This document shows positions 22,782 to 32,809 of a stretch of DNA of 64,000 nt, in pieces. How positions within the stretch are numbered: the stretch's first letter is position 1; each line of letters begins with the position of its first letter. The DNA is taken from contig DYFC01000010.1 in NCBI GenBank assembly GCA_020725385.1, forward strand, positions 1 to 64,000, in the 5' to 3' direction. This stretch comes from Nitrospira japonica (GTDB taxonomy: Bacteria; Nitrospirota; Thermodesulfovibrionia; Thermodesulfovibrionales; SM23-35). The notes below the pieces were generated by a model, which saw nothing but the letters and a program-made list of their open reading frames with translations, was not told the DNA's origin and made no database searches. A program made the translations under genes and the position numbers.

Positions 22782-23375
22782 TTATCTTTCTGCCACAAAT
22801 CTACAAATGTTATTACCCATTGAGCGGCAGCTTACTTCCTTTGCTTCAAACGTGCCAATTCCTTTTGGGTACTTCTCTCCATATGCGAGATCCATGTAAG
22901 AAGCAGTGCATGCACTGAACATATAACATCTACCGTATGGTTGTTTACCATATTCAATTAAATATCTTTCAGGGTCATAGGCATTTTTTACAATCGTTAC
23001 TAATTTCTTATTAGGTATAAGCTCTTCTATTTCAATATATCCAATTCCAAAAATATTTGTAAAAGCAACAAGTGCATAAACTTCATCTTCAGGAGAAGAT
23101 AACATCGGAATGATATGTTCTCTCCAGTGCATTGATGTTCTAATGCCATGAAAAGTATGATAACCGCATTCAAGTACAGCGTTATATAATTTTTGTTCTA
23201 CGGTTGGTGCTTTAAGGTCACCCAATGTATGAATAACTCTGGATACTACTTTAAAATAAAATTCATTGTAATTCATTGCAGCATAGACTCCAAATGCTGC
23301 CATAATGCCTTTTTCATTGCTTGCTATCTGCAATTTTGAAGCTATTTCGATGATTTTTTTGCTGTCTATTGCCAT
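22782..23375 (-). CDS. V4R-domain protein
   Basis: FGIG.I; C-terminal E.SCRSMG..ICRF V4R cysteine motif. Confidence 0.7.
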   Translation of the reverse strand: MAIDSKKIIEIASKLQIASNEKGIMAAFGVYAAMNYNEFYFKVVSRVIHTLGDLKAPTVEQKLYNAVLECGYHTFHGIRTSMHWREHIIPMLSSPEDEVYALVAFTNIFGIGYIEIEELIPNKKLVTIVKNAYDPERYLIEYGKQPYGRCYMFSACTASYMDLAYGEKYPKGIGTFEAKEVSCRSMGNNICRFVAER

Positions 23376-23887
23376 TATTCTATCAATCTTATACTAAATT
23401 CACAAAGTTCATTGCCGGATATCATGCACCGGGTTTCCTGAACAATATATGCACTAACTGATTTTTTAAATATTGCAGAAAGAATACCGGAAATAAATCC
23501 ACAAGTAACATAACAAACCGGGGTTGTCCGCCGCCCGTATTTAGCCAGCCAGCCGGTCACATAATACGAAGAGTTAGAATAAACTTTTCCACCGTTTTCT
23601 CTTAATTCCGAAAAATCAATAATTCCAAACCCCATAAATTTATACAATTCAACTGCTACTTTTATTTGTTCATCTATGCTTTCTTTACTTAAATGACTTA
23701 CTATATAGTTTTTAAAATTATAATAAAATTCTTCCTGCGCAGCTTTAACAATAATTGAATATGCATCAATTCCTTCAATTTCTTCAATCGCTTTTATAAG
23801 CCCGCAGTTATAATGATGGCAGTGGAGGGATACACCGACATTGTCAAGCTTCAAAATATTCAATTCAGGGGAAAAATCAATGTGCAT
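23375..23887 (-). CDS. V4R-domain protein with HCHHY motif
   Basis: HCHHYN near N-terminus, GFG, PVCYVTCGFISG and ETRCMISG..LCEF. Confidence 0.75.
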   Translation of the reverse strand: MHIDFSPELNILKLDNVGVSLHCHHYNCGLIKAIEEIEGIDAYSIIVKAAQEEFYYNFKNYIVSHLSKESIDEQIKVAVELYKFMGFGIIDFSELRENGGKVYSNSSYYVTGWLAKYGRRTTPVCYVTCGFISGILSAIFKKSVSAYIVQETRCMISGNELCEFSIRLIE

Positions 23888-24011
23888 ATAATTTATTTAA
23901 AATTAACTTATCTATAAGAAAATTTCTACATCCAAACAAACTTATAGAATTAATGATATTTTATACTATTTCCAATAACAATAACTTTTTATTGCTTAAA
24001 AACATTAAATA

Positions 24012-25382
24012 TTAAAATGTTCTCCAGGTAGTTCCTCCATATGTATACGTTGAACCATGATAATGGCAGCAATTGCAATTTATTGCTGTTCTTGTGCTCG
24101 TGCATTCTCCCCATTGACCCGAATTATGGCAATTACCACATCCACCGCTGGTATAGAATGGGTCGCCTGCCAAGGAATCGTGATGGACTATATACCAGTG
24201 ATCGTTCTGACATGAAGTGTTAAAATCGTAATCGTCTTTATGACATTTATTGCAAAGATTCGAAATGCTGTTTGATTTTAAAGTGTCATAGTTAGAATAT
24301 GGTGTAGAGCAGGATGGGGGTACAAATGGGTCCATTGTTGTGATACTTCCTAAATTTGTTCCATTCACTTCTGTTCTAATAAGCATCAAGTTTGATGAAC
24401 CATGAGGTTCGTGGCAATCCGTACACGAAAGTACTTTACCTAAAGCAGTTCCATATGGATTTTTCATACTGATTGCAACATCCGCATTTCCCTTCCCGTG
24501 TTTTTCAACATTCCAATTAATAGTTCTCAAATTTCTTCCAAGTGTCGTGCTGTAAATCGAATTTGTTGAGTTGTGGCAATCTGTACAAAATGTATTATAA
24601 TCTGGCAAATTTGTGCCATCAGAAGTAGTATTATTTGCAGGTTCATATGTCGTTACACTATTGTACCAGTAAGGTGACTGATAATTTGTTGTAAAGTTTG
24701 GATTCATTTTCTCGGAAGAATCATCTCCCCATAAATTATTATGGTCCGAAGGCTTAGAAATTGCAGATTTTGTTGCATCATATGAATTTGAAAGTGGAGG
24801 TTTCCCACAACTTTTTTTTGCAATATGTACATTATGACAACCCGAACATGGATTAGAACCTGATGGAAAACTTGTAAATGTTTTGGTTCCGGAAAGCCCG
24901 GTGATAAATCTATATACATCATATAAATTATGATAAGAAAGGCTGTTAAATGCCTCAAAAATATTATTAGGTAATGAATCGGGATTACCGCCAAAAGTAA
25001 TACTATAATTAAAATTACTAAAAGATGTGGTTTGAAGTGTTCCGGTCCCAATATGACAGTAAAAGCAGACATTATCACTCTGGGAATATGGTTTCAAAGT
25101 TATACCGCTAAAATTATCAGCTAAAAGTTCATATGCGCTCGGTCCGCCAACAGGTGCGGGTTCTGTTCCACCAATCATTCCATGTTGTTCATGACAGTGG
25201 GCACAATTGCCTCTTGAGTAACCAAATGCGGCAATACTTGTACGATTAACTCCATATGTTGTATTTCCGTGCGCAGAATCAAGATATTTACCGCAATAAG
25301 CTTTTTCAGGGCATATAAAAAAATATAAAGCTAAAAATAGAAATAGCAAGCGAAAACCACTTTTATTACAGAAATCCGTCAT
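24012..25382 (-). CDS. exported octaheme c-type cytochrome
   Basis: Signal peptide; 8 CxxCH motifs: CAHCH, CFYCH, CSGCH, CTDCH x2, CNKCH, CGNCH, CNCCH. Confidence 0.9.
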   Translation of the reverse strand: MTDFCNKSGFRLLFLFLALYFFICPEKAYCGKYLDSAHGNTTYGVNRTSIAAFGYSRGNCAHCHEQHGMIGGTEPAPVGGPSAYELLADNFSGITLKPYSQSDNVCFYCHIGTGTLQTTSFSNFNYSITFGGNPDSLPNNIFEAFNSLSYHNLYDVYRFITGLSGTKTFTSFPSGSNPCSGCHNVHIAKKSCGKPPLSNSYDATKSAISKPSDHNNLWGDDSSEKMNPNFTTNYQSPYWYNSVTTYEPANNTTSDGTNLPDYNTFCTDCHNSTNSIYSTTLGRNLRTINWNVEKHGKGNADVAISMKNPYGTALGKVLSCTDCHEPHGSSNLMLIRTEVNGTNLGSITTMDPFVPPSCSTPYSNYDTLKSNSISNLCNKCHKDDYDFNTSCQNDHWYIVHHDSLAGDPFYTSGGCGNCHNSGQWGECTSTRTAINCNCCHYHGSTYTYGGTTWRTF

Positions 25383-25547
25383 AAAACAACCCCCTATATA
25401 TCATTAATAATAAGTTTAAAAAAATATATTATTTCTATTTTTCAATTTACTTAATATATCGTTATTTGTACTTTATTTATTATCATTTGTTAAAAAATAT
25501 TCTTTTTTCTTTCTATAAATTTAACCTAATAACGCATTTATCATGTC

Positions 25548-25638
25548 AAACAAAAAGCCACGAAAGCTCTGCATTCTCTGCATTTTTAGCCTTCGTGGCT
25601 TTTAATTCTAATTACGAATAAGTGGACTTCTTGTCCAC
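25548..25638 (-). promoter_or_regulatory. structured 5' leader / attenuator, copy 2
   Basis: GTGGAC-AAGAA-GTCCAC hairpin, then GCC-ACGAA-GGC overlapping terminator ..GCTTTCGTGGCTTTTTGTTT; extended -10 TGcTATAAT at 25644-25652. Confidence 0.75.
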
Positions 25639-25749
25639 AATTAATTATAGCAAATATATAAAATTATTTTCCATATTTTGTGAATAACTAATGACTATAG
25701 ACTCTTATGCTACGAGGGAATTGTTTGCTTCATTCAAGAAGTTAAATTC

Positions 25750-25828
<79 letters not shown>

Positions 25829-25836
25829 ATTGTTGC

Positions 25837-26550
25837 TTAATATTTGAGTATTTCTAAGTAATCAGAAATATCTTTTTCTTCGAGTCCCTGTGCTCTTATT
25901 TTTCTTTCAAGAAGATCATCTGTTGCCTTTTGTTTGTTACCCTGATATAAAGGGTCAAACTCAATTGCTTTAGTGATTGCTATTGAAGCTTCACCATACT
26001 GTGCTTTTGCATTATAGGCAAGAGCCAGTCCATAATAAGGCAAGTGAAAGGTAGAAAACCTTTTTATTGATTCCTTGAAAGAATCAAGGGCATCATCATA
26101 TCTTCCGAGTCTATAATATACCATACCGAGATTATTTAATGCCATAGCTGCATTTTTATATTGAGGATTTGATACAGACTTTTTATATGCTTCTATTGCT
26201 TCACTGTATTTTCCGAGCTTTGCATATGCATTGCCGAGATTGTTTGAAGCTTCGGAGAAATTTTCATCGATATCAAGAGCTTCTTTAAAGTGTTCAATCG
26301 CTTTTGGATAATTTTCAAGTTTTACAAGATAGATTACACCTAATGCATTATGAATGTCTTTATTGTATTTATTGAATTGAAGCGCTTTCTGAAATTCAAC
26401 AAAAGCAGGTTGTATATTGTTATCATTAAGATAAGAAACTCCTATCTGGTAATGGTAATTCGCCTTCTGTGCCGCTTCTTCAGAGACTGTTCCAGCACAT
26501 GAACAAAATAGAAATATCGAGCATATTAAAATAATACAGTTTTTCCTCAT
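25837..26550 (-). CDS. TPR lipoprotein (PilF/PilW-like pilotin)
   Basis: Lipobox-like CSC; multiple TPR repeats (NALG..Y, NNLG..Y). Confidence 0.75.
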   Translation of the reverse strand: MRKNCIILICSIFLFCSCAGTVSEEAAQKANYHYQIGVSYLNDNNIQPAFVEFQKALQFNKYNKDIHNALGVIYLVKLENYPKAIEHFKEALDIDENFSEASNNLGNAYAKLGKYSEAIEAYKKSVSNPQYKNAAMALNNLGMVYYRLGRYDDALDSFKESIKRFSTFHLPYYGLALAYNAKAQYGEASIAITKAIEFDPLYQGNKQKATDDLLERKIRAQGLEEKDISDYLEILKY

Positions 26551-26573
26551 ATCACTCTCCTTTTGATTTTTTA

Positions 26574-29500
26574 TTATTGATTTCTAACACTAACAAAATC
26601 TGATAAACATGTAAAGAGTTTAAAGAGAATATTATACCTTTCCTCCCATGAACTTCCATCTGTATAAATCTCAAAACCATCGCTTAGAAATCTTATCTTT
26701 TTTCCAGCTTTATCTCTTAGTTTAAAAATATCTTCAGGTTGAACTTTTGTGTCATTTGAAAAATGTACACCTATTATGCCTTTTGCTTCGTTTATTTTCT
26801 TTATTAATAATCGTCCCGAAAATATCTTAAGATTCATTATATCAAGAAGGCATTTTACTTCAACAGGCATCTTACCGAAACGATCTTCTATTTCTGAAGC
26901 TATTGAATATAACACATCAGGAGATTTTGAAGCCGCAATTTTTCTGTATAAGCTCAATCTTATAGTTATATCTTCAACATAATCTTCTGGTATGAAAGCA
27001 TTAACTTTCATATTTATAGTAGGCTCAAATTCTTCCTCGATCCTTTCACCTTTTAACTCTGCAACTTCTTTTTCGAGCATCTCCATATAAAGATCAAATC
27101 CTACCGCATGGATATGTCCTGATTGTTCAGCTCCAAGAAGATTGCCCGAACCTCTTATCTCAAGGTCTTTTAATGCAAGTCTAAAGCCGGCCCCGAGATA
27201 ACTCATTTCCTGTATTGCCTGAAGTCTTTTCTTTGATTCATTCGTGATAATATCTTCACCGGGAATTAGAAAATATGCATATGCGCGTAGATTGCCTCTT
27301 CCAACACGTCCTCTTAATTGATACAAATCCGCAAGTCCCATCATATCCGCTCTGTTTATTATTATTGTATTGGCCGATGGTATATCAAGCCCCGAACCTA
27401 TTATTGCAGTTGAAACAAGCACATCAACTTTCTTCTCATAAAAGTTAAACATACCTTTTTCAAGTTCTTTTTCATTCATTTGGCCATGCGCTACCGCTAT
27501 TTTGATGTTCGGTATTAAGTTCACAAGATAATCAGCGATTCTATATATATCCTTGATTCTGTTATGCACAAAAAAGACCTGACCTTTCCTATCCAGCTCA
27601 TGCAAGATTGCATTCTTAATAATATCTTTATTGAAAACCGATACAATGCTTTTAACCGCAAGTCTTTCCTCAGGAGGGGTCTCAATGATACTCATATCTC
27701 TAATATCCGAGAGAGCCATAGACAATGTCCTCGGTATAGGAGTTGCTGTCAATGTCAATACATCAACTCCTTTTTTTAGTTCTTTTATTTTTTCTTTTTG
27801 TCTTACTCCGAATCTGTGTTCTTCATCTATTATCAGGAGTCCGAGATTATGAAATTTTATATTTTTCCCGAGTAATGCATGAGTTCCGATGATAATATCA
27901 ATATCTCCATTTTCAATCGCCTTTATAGTTTTTTTCTTATCACTTGTTGATTTGAACCTGCTTAAGAAATCTATATTAACTGGAAATCCAGAAAATCTTG
28001 CCCTGAATGTTCTGTAATGTTGTTCGCAAAGAATTGTTGTTGGAACGAGTACAGCTACCTGCATCCCGTCATATACTGCTTTGAAAGTAGCGCGGACAGC
28101 AACTTCTGTTTTCCCGTATCCTACGTCTCCGCAAATAAGTCTGTCCATTGGCCTGTCGGATTCCATATCTTTTTTTATATCCTCAATAGCCTTCAATTGA
28201 TCCGGAGTCTCTTCATAGGGGAAAAAGCTATCGAACTCTCTATGTAATTCAGTGTCAGAACTAAAAGGATAACCTTTTTGAATTTTTCTTTGTGCATACA
28301 GAGCAAGGAGCTTTTCAGCCATATCGTGAATTTTTCTTTTCACCCTTTGTTTAGTTCTACTCCATGTTTTTCCGCCAAGTCTATCAATTTTTGGAATTAC
28401 ACCTTCTTCTGCATGGTATTTTCTGATTTTGTTTATTGCATGAAGCGGAACATATAATCTTCCTCCATCATATTCAATTAGTATTAGATCTTCTTTTATA
28501 TCTTCTGTACTTTGCTGGATTAGTCCAATAAATTTTCCGATTCCATGGTCAGTATGTACGATGAAATCTCCCGGACGCAAATCATCAAGAGAAGTCAGTA
28601 GTCCGGAAACCTTTGATTTACGTAAAGGCCTGTAAGAAGGTCTCTCTCCAAAAAGTTCCTTTTCTGTCAGAATAAGAATTCCGGGAAGGAATAAGCCTGA
28701 AGAGAGACTGCCAATCACTACCATTATATTGCCTTTATAGGTAAAGACATCTTCTTTATCAATTAAAGGCGCAATTATATCACCTGCCCTAAGAATATCC
28801 CTAAGCCTTTCAGCCTGACCATTAGAGGATGAAACAAGGATTATCCGGTTTTCATCGAGTAACTTTTTTAGTTTAGACGGGAGTTCATCAATGCTCTTTC
28901 GTTCCTGATGGGTTATACCGAGTCCTTTAATATTCAAGACACCCGAATCAATACCATCTCCTGCGATTGAAAATCTTGATAATATTATTGAACTTTCAGG
29001 AATGTTTTCTTTTTCTTTAACTGAATCGAAAACAAACCAGATTTTATTTGAGAATGTCTCCAATAAATTTTTTCCGCCCGGAGACTCAATTGCAGGGAAA
29101 AGATATAGGACCTTGATATTTTCTTTCGAACGCTGTGTATCTACGTCAAAGTATTTTATATTTTCAATTTCATCACCAAAAAACTCTATTCTTACAGGGT
29201 CCTCAAAAGTTGATGGAAAAATATCTATAATCCAGTTACGTCTGCTGAATTCACCCTTTTCAGAGACAAGCGGTACACGGTTATAGCCAAGCTTTTGAAG
29301 TATATTTTCAAATTCATCTCTTTTTATTTCCAGACCTTTTTTAATAAATAATATACTTTTTTCTAATTCTTCTTTTGACCATATAGGTGAATTTAAATTG
29401 CCCGAAGAAAAAGTGAGGGAATCATTTTCGCTGGTTTTATAGATTATTTCTGCTCTTTGCCCTGAAATGCCCGGGCCATCAGGCTCGGGCAAGAAAAATA

Positions 29501-29705
29501 CTTTATTTTTCTTTAGTGCGCTACGATAGAAATTTATGTCATCGCATAATTCTGTTGCAAGAGTCCCGTCGCCATCAACAGCGACAAATGGTTCATTGCA
29601 TATAGCAAGAAACAGGGCAGATGACGAGCCTATTAGATTGTATATTCTTGAAATTTCTATTTTTTTTCTTAAAATATCCTGAAAATACGAAAGACTTATT
29701 TGCAT
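26574..29705 (-). CDS. mfd: transcription-repair coupling factor
   Basis: UvrB-like module, CarD/RID (HGIGKF), GDVGYGKT, DEEHRFG, ATPIPR, DLEIRG. Confidence 0.96.
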   Translation of the reverse strand: MQISLSYFQDILRKKIEISRIYNLIGSSSALFLAICNEPFVAVDGDGTLATELCDDINFYRSALKKNKVFFLPEPDGPGISGQRAEIIYKTSENDSLTFSSGNLNSPIWSKEELEKSILFIKKGLEIKRDEFENILQKLGYNRVPLVSEKGEFSRRNWIIDIFPSTFEDPVRIEFFGDEIENIKYFDVDTQRSKENIKVLYLFPAIESPGGKNLLETFSNKIWFVFDSVKEKENIPESSIILSRFSIAGDGIDSGVLNIKGLGITHQERKSIDELPSKLKKLLDENRIILVSSSNGQAERLRDILRAGDIIAPLIDKEDVFTYKGNIMVVIGSLSSGLFLPGILILTEKELFGERPSYRPLRKSKVSGLLTSLDDLRPGDFIVHTDHGIGKFIGLIQQSTEDIKEDLILIEYDGGRLYVPLHAINKIRKYHAEEGVIPKIDRLGGKTWSRTKQRVKRKIHDMAEKLLALYAQRKIQKGYPFSSDTELHREFDSFFPYEETPDQLKAIEDIKKDMESDRPMDRLICGDVGYGKTEVAVRATFKAVYDGMQVAVLVPTTILCEQHYRTFRARFSGFPVNIDFLSRFKSTSDKKKTIKAIENGDIDIIIGTHALLGKNIKFHNLGLLIIDEEHRFGVRQKEKIKELKKGVDVLTLTATPIPRTLSMALSDIRDMSIIETPPEERLAVKSIVSVFNKDIIKNAILHELDRKGQVFFVHNRIKDIYRIADYLVNLIPNIKIAVAHGQMNEKELEKGMFNFYEKKVDVLVSTAIIGSGLDIPSANTIIINRADMMGLADLYQLRGRVGRGNLRAYAYFLIPGEDIITNESKKRLQAIQEMSYLGAGFRLALKDLEIRGSGNLLGAEQSGHIHAVGFDLYMEMLEKEVAELKGERIEEEFEPTINMKVNAFIPEDYVEDITIRLSLYRKIAASKSPDVLYSIASEIEDRFGKMPVEVKCLLDIMNLKIFSGRLLIKKINEAKGIIGVHFSNDTKVQPEDIFKLRDKAGKKIRFLSDGFEIYTDGSSWEERYNILFKLFTCLSDFVSVRNQ

Positions 29706-29791
29706 GAAAGAATAATTATTATGTTAAAATAAAAATCCATTATTAAATTATATCATTTTACCAATAGATAGAAGAAAGAAAGGAATTTATC

Positions 29792-30667
29792 ATGAACAAA
29801 ATTCTTCGAATCGGGCTGCCCAAAGGCAGTCTTCAAGAATCTACATTAAAACTCTTCAGAAAGGCCGGTTATCATATTTCTGTATCGAGCCGTTCATATT
29901 ATCCATCATTTGATGATCCTGAAATTGAAGCAATGCTCATAAGAGCACAGGAAATGGCAGGTTATGTAGAAAATGGTATTATTGATTGTGGTCTTACCGG
30001 CAAGGACTGGATAATGGAACAGAACGCGGATGTCCATGAAGTAGCCGAGCTTATTTATGCTAAAGAAGGTTTAAGACCTGTAAGATGGGTTATAGCTGTT
30101 CCTAATGATTCAAAAATTAAGACCGTGAAAGACCTTAATGGTAAGAGGATAGCAACAGAATTGGTTGGATTTACAAAAAGGTATTTAAAGAAAAACGGGG
30201 TAACTGCTGAAGTTGATTTTTCATGGGGTGCAACAGAGGTAAAACCACCTCATCTTGCTGATGCTATTGTTGAACTTACAGAGACAGGAACTTCTTTGCG
30301 TGCAAATAATCTCAGAATAGTTGAGACAATTCTGGAGTCAAGCACCCGTTTTATATCAAACAAAAAAGCATGGCAGGATAAATGGAAAAAACAGAAAATG
30401 GAAAATATTGTAATGTTACTAAAAGGCGCTCTTGCCGCTGAAGAGAAAGTCGGGCTTAAGATGAATGTTGAGTCAAAATCAATTAAACGCGTAATGAGTC
30501 TTCTTTCAGCAATGCACTCACCAACTATTTCTTCATTATCAGAAGAAGGCTGGTTTGCCCTTGAAGTTATAATTAACGAAAAAAGCGTTAGGGATATAAT
30601 TCCTAAGCTCAAAATGGCCGGAGCTACAGGCATTGTAGAATATCCCCTTAACAAAGTAATACCTTAA
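29792..30667 (+). CDS. hisG: ATP phosphoribosyltransferase (long form)
   Basis: GLPKGSL, GATE and [11 protein letters not shown]; C-terminal regulatory domain (SPTIS). Confidence 0.95.
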   Translation: MNKILRIGLPKGSLQESTLKLFRKAGYHISVSSRSYYPSFDDPEIEAMLIRAQEMAGYVENGIIDCGLTGKDWIMEQNADVHEVAELIYAKEGLRPVRWVIAVPNDSKIKTVKDLNGKRIATELVGFTKRYLKKNGVTAEVDFSWGATEVKPPHLADAIVELTETGTSLRANNLRIVETILESSTRFISNKKAWQDKWKKQKMENIVMLLKGALAAEEKVGLKMNVESKSIKRVMSLLSAMHSPTISSLSEEGWFALEVIINEKSVRDIIPKLKMAGATGIVEYPLNKVIP

Positions 30668-30687
30668 ATTATTTGATAGGAGAAAAT

Positions 30688-31359
30688 ATGTTTAAGGATC
30701 ACAGAAAATTGAATTATGATATTATCAGTCTTCTGATTTCCGGTGTATTTCTAATGTCTTTTACTTTCTGTCTTAACAAAACATCATATGCTTTATCCCT
30801 GAACGATGAAGTTGCAAGAATTCAAAAGACTTATGAGAATATTATTGACATGAGCGGTAATTTTGTTCAGAAAAGCCATATAAAGGATCTTAAGCGGACC
30901 GATACTTACAAAGGCCAGTTTTTCATTAAAAAACCCGAGAAAGTAAAAGTAATATACAAAGGAGAAAATCCTGCTGAAATAACTGTTAATAAAGACATTG
31001 TATTAATCTATCAGAAAAATGAAAATCAGGTTATTAAGGGGAAATTCGATAGCAACACATATGGTCAAACACCTGTTATATTATTGAGCGGTCTGGGGAA
31101 GATGGAAGAAGAATTCAATATATCAGAAAAAAATGGTCTGTTGCTTTTAAAGCCTAAAAAAAGCATGGGAGCGATTGTCTCAATTGAACTAAAGTTATCA
31201 GACAAAGAATTTCCGATACAGTCTTTTACAATTTATGACACATATTCAAATAGGACAGATATTACACTCAGCGATATGAAAATAAACAAAAACATTGATG
31301 ATAAAATTTTCAACTTTACATCTCCTAAGAACGCAACAATTTTGGAACACAACCCATGA
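30688..31359 (+). CDS. lolA: outer-membrane lipoprotein carrier LolA
   Basis: Signal peptide, F.QK..G.F.IKKP and C-terminal F.FT.P. Confidence 0.8.
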   Translation: MFKDHRKLNYDIISLLISGVFLMSFTFCLNKTSYALSLNDEVARIQKTYENIIDMSGNFVQKSHIKDLKRTDTYKGQFFIKKPEKVKVIYKGENPAEITVNKDIVLIYQKNENQVIKGKFDSNTYGQTPVILLSGLGKMEEEFNISEKNGLLLLKPKKSMGAIVSIELKLSDKEFPIQSFTIYDTYSNRTDITLSDMKINKNIDDKIFNFTSPKNATILEHNP

Positions 31360-31368
31360 GGGGTTCCT

Positions 31369-32385
31369 GTGCGTATACTCGGAATTGATACATCATGTGA
31401 TGATACATCTGCTTCAGTTGTTGAAAACGGCATAAAAATAATATCAAATATTGTCTCCGGTCAATCCGAAATTCATAAAAAATATGGCGGCATAGTCCCT
31501 GAACTTGCATCCCGTAAACACGTTGAAATGATAATCCCTGTTGTTGAACAGGCTCTGAAGAAAGCTGAAATTGAACTTAAGGATATAGATGGTATTGCTG
31601 TATGTCATGGTCCGGGACTTATAGGTTCACTTTTAGTAGGATGTTCATTTGCAAAAGCAATATGTTATACAACCAAAATCCCTTTGCTCGCTGTCAATCA
31701 CCTCGAAGGACATATCTTTGCTTCGTTCCTTGAAGAGCCAAGACCGGAATTTCCATTCATTGCACTTATAGTTTCAGGCGGGCATACATCTCTTTACATG
31801 GTAGATGGATTTGACCGGTATAGAGAACTCGGCAAGACAAGAGATGATGCTGCTGGTGAAGCTTATGATAAAGTATCTAAACTTCTTGGGCTCGGATATC
31901 CTGGTGGTCCTGTTATTGACAGTCTTGCAAAAGAAGGTAACCCAAAAGCAATAGATTTTCCAAGAGCATATTTGCCGGAATCTTTTGATTTCAGTTTTAG
32001 CGGAATCAAAACCGCTGTTCTAAATTTTGTTAAATCAACAGGATTTGAAAATTATGAAATTAAAACTAAAAAACCAGAATTATTATTAGATATAGCAGCC
32101 TCTTTTCAGGCCGCTGTTGTGGATGTGCTTGTAAGAAAAACAGAATGGGCAATTAAAAGAACATGGATAAAAAGAGTTGTGCTCTCAGGCGGTGTTGCAG
32201 CAAACAGCCAATTAAGAAGAAGAATGAAAGAAATGGGTGATGAAAGAGAAGCAGAAATTATTATTCCTTCAATTCCATTATGTACTGACAATGCTGCTAT
32301 GATAGCTGCTGCCGGTTACCACCATTTATTGACCGGTAAATTAGCAGACCTTACTTTAAACCCGAAAGCTTATTTGCCTTTATGA
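31369..32385 (+). CDS. tsaD: tRNA threonylcarbamoyltransferase TsaD
   Basis: GIDTSCDDT, GIVPELASRKH, HLEGH, VSGGHT and CTDNAAMI. Confidence 0.96.
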   Translation: MRILGIDTSCDDTSASVVENGIKIISNIVSGQSEIHKKYGGIVPELASRKHVEMIIPVVEQALKKAEIELKDIDGIAVCHGPGLIGSLLVGCSFAKAICYTTKIPLLAVNHLEGHIFASFLEEPRPEFPFIALIVSGGHTSLYMVDGFDRYRELGKTRDDAAGEAYDKVSKLLGLGYPGGPVIDSLAKEGNPKAIDFPRAYLPESFDFSFSGIKTAVLNFVKSTGFENYEIKTKKPELLLDIAASFQAAVVDVLVRKTEWAIKRTWIKRVVLSGGVAANSQLRRRMKEMGDEREAEIIIPSIPLCTDNAAMIAAAGYHHLLTGKLADLTLNPKAYLPL

Positions 32386-32473
32386 TTAATCCTGAAAATG
32401 TAGTTGAAATTATATTGTGGCATAGCCTCAGGGTCAGGAAATCCGGAAATACTTAAAAAACGGATTTTTCAAT

Positions 32474-32809
32474 ATGTTTAAATTCAACAGAATAAATAGA
32501 GAAAAGAAAACTGTTGAAGCTATGATTAAAATATATTGCAGGAAAAATCATGGCAAAAAAAATGAAATATGTTTTGATTGCAAAGAACTTCTTGATTATG
32601 CATTCAAAAGACTCGATAAATGTCCTTTTCAGGAAGGCAAAACAACCTGCGGGAAATGCAAAATACATTGTTACAAACCTGTAATGAGGGAGAAGATAAA
32701 ACATGTTATGCGATACTCTGGTCCAAAAATGGCATATTTACACCCACTTCTTGCACTATATCATTTTATTGATAGTTTCAGAAAAACCGCTGCCAAACAA
32801 AATTTTTAA
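32474..32809 (+). CDS. YgbA-like (nitrous oxide-stimulated promoter family) protein
   Basis: REKKTV..MI.IYC..H; RLDKCPF..K..C.KC.IHCY; VMRYSGP. Confidence 0.85.
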   Translation: MFKFNRINREKKTVEAMIKIYCRKNHGKKNEICFDCKELLDYAFKRLDKCPFQEGKTTCGKCKIHCYKPVMREKIKHVMRYSGPKMAYLHPLLALYHFIDSFRKTAAKQNF

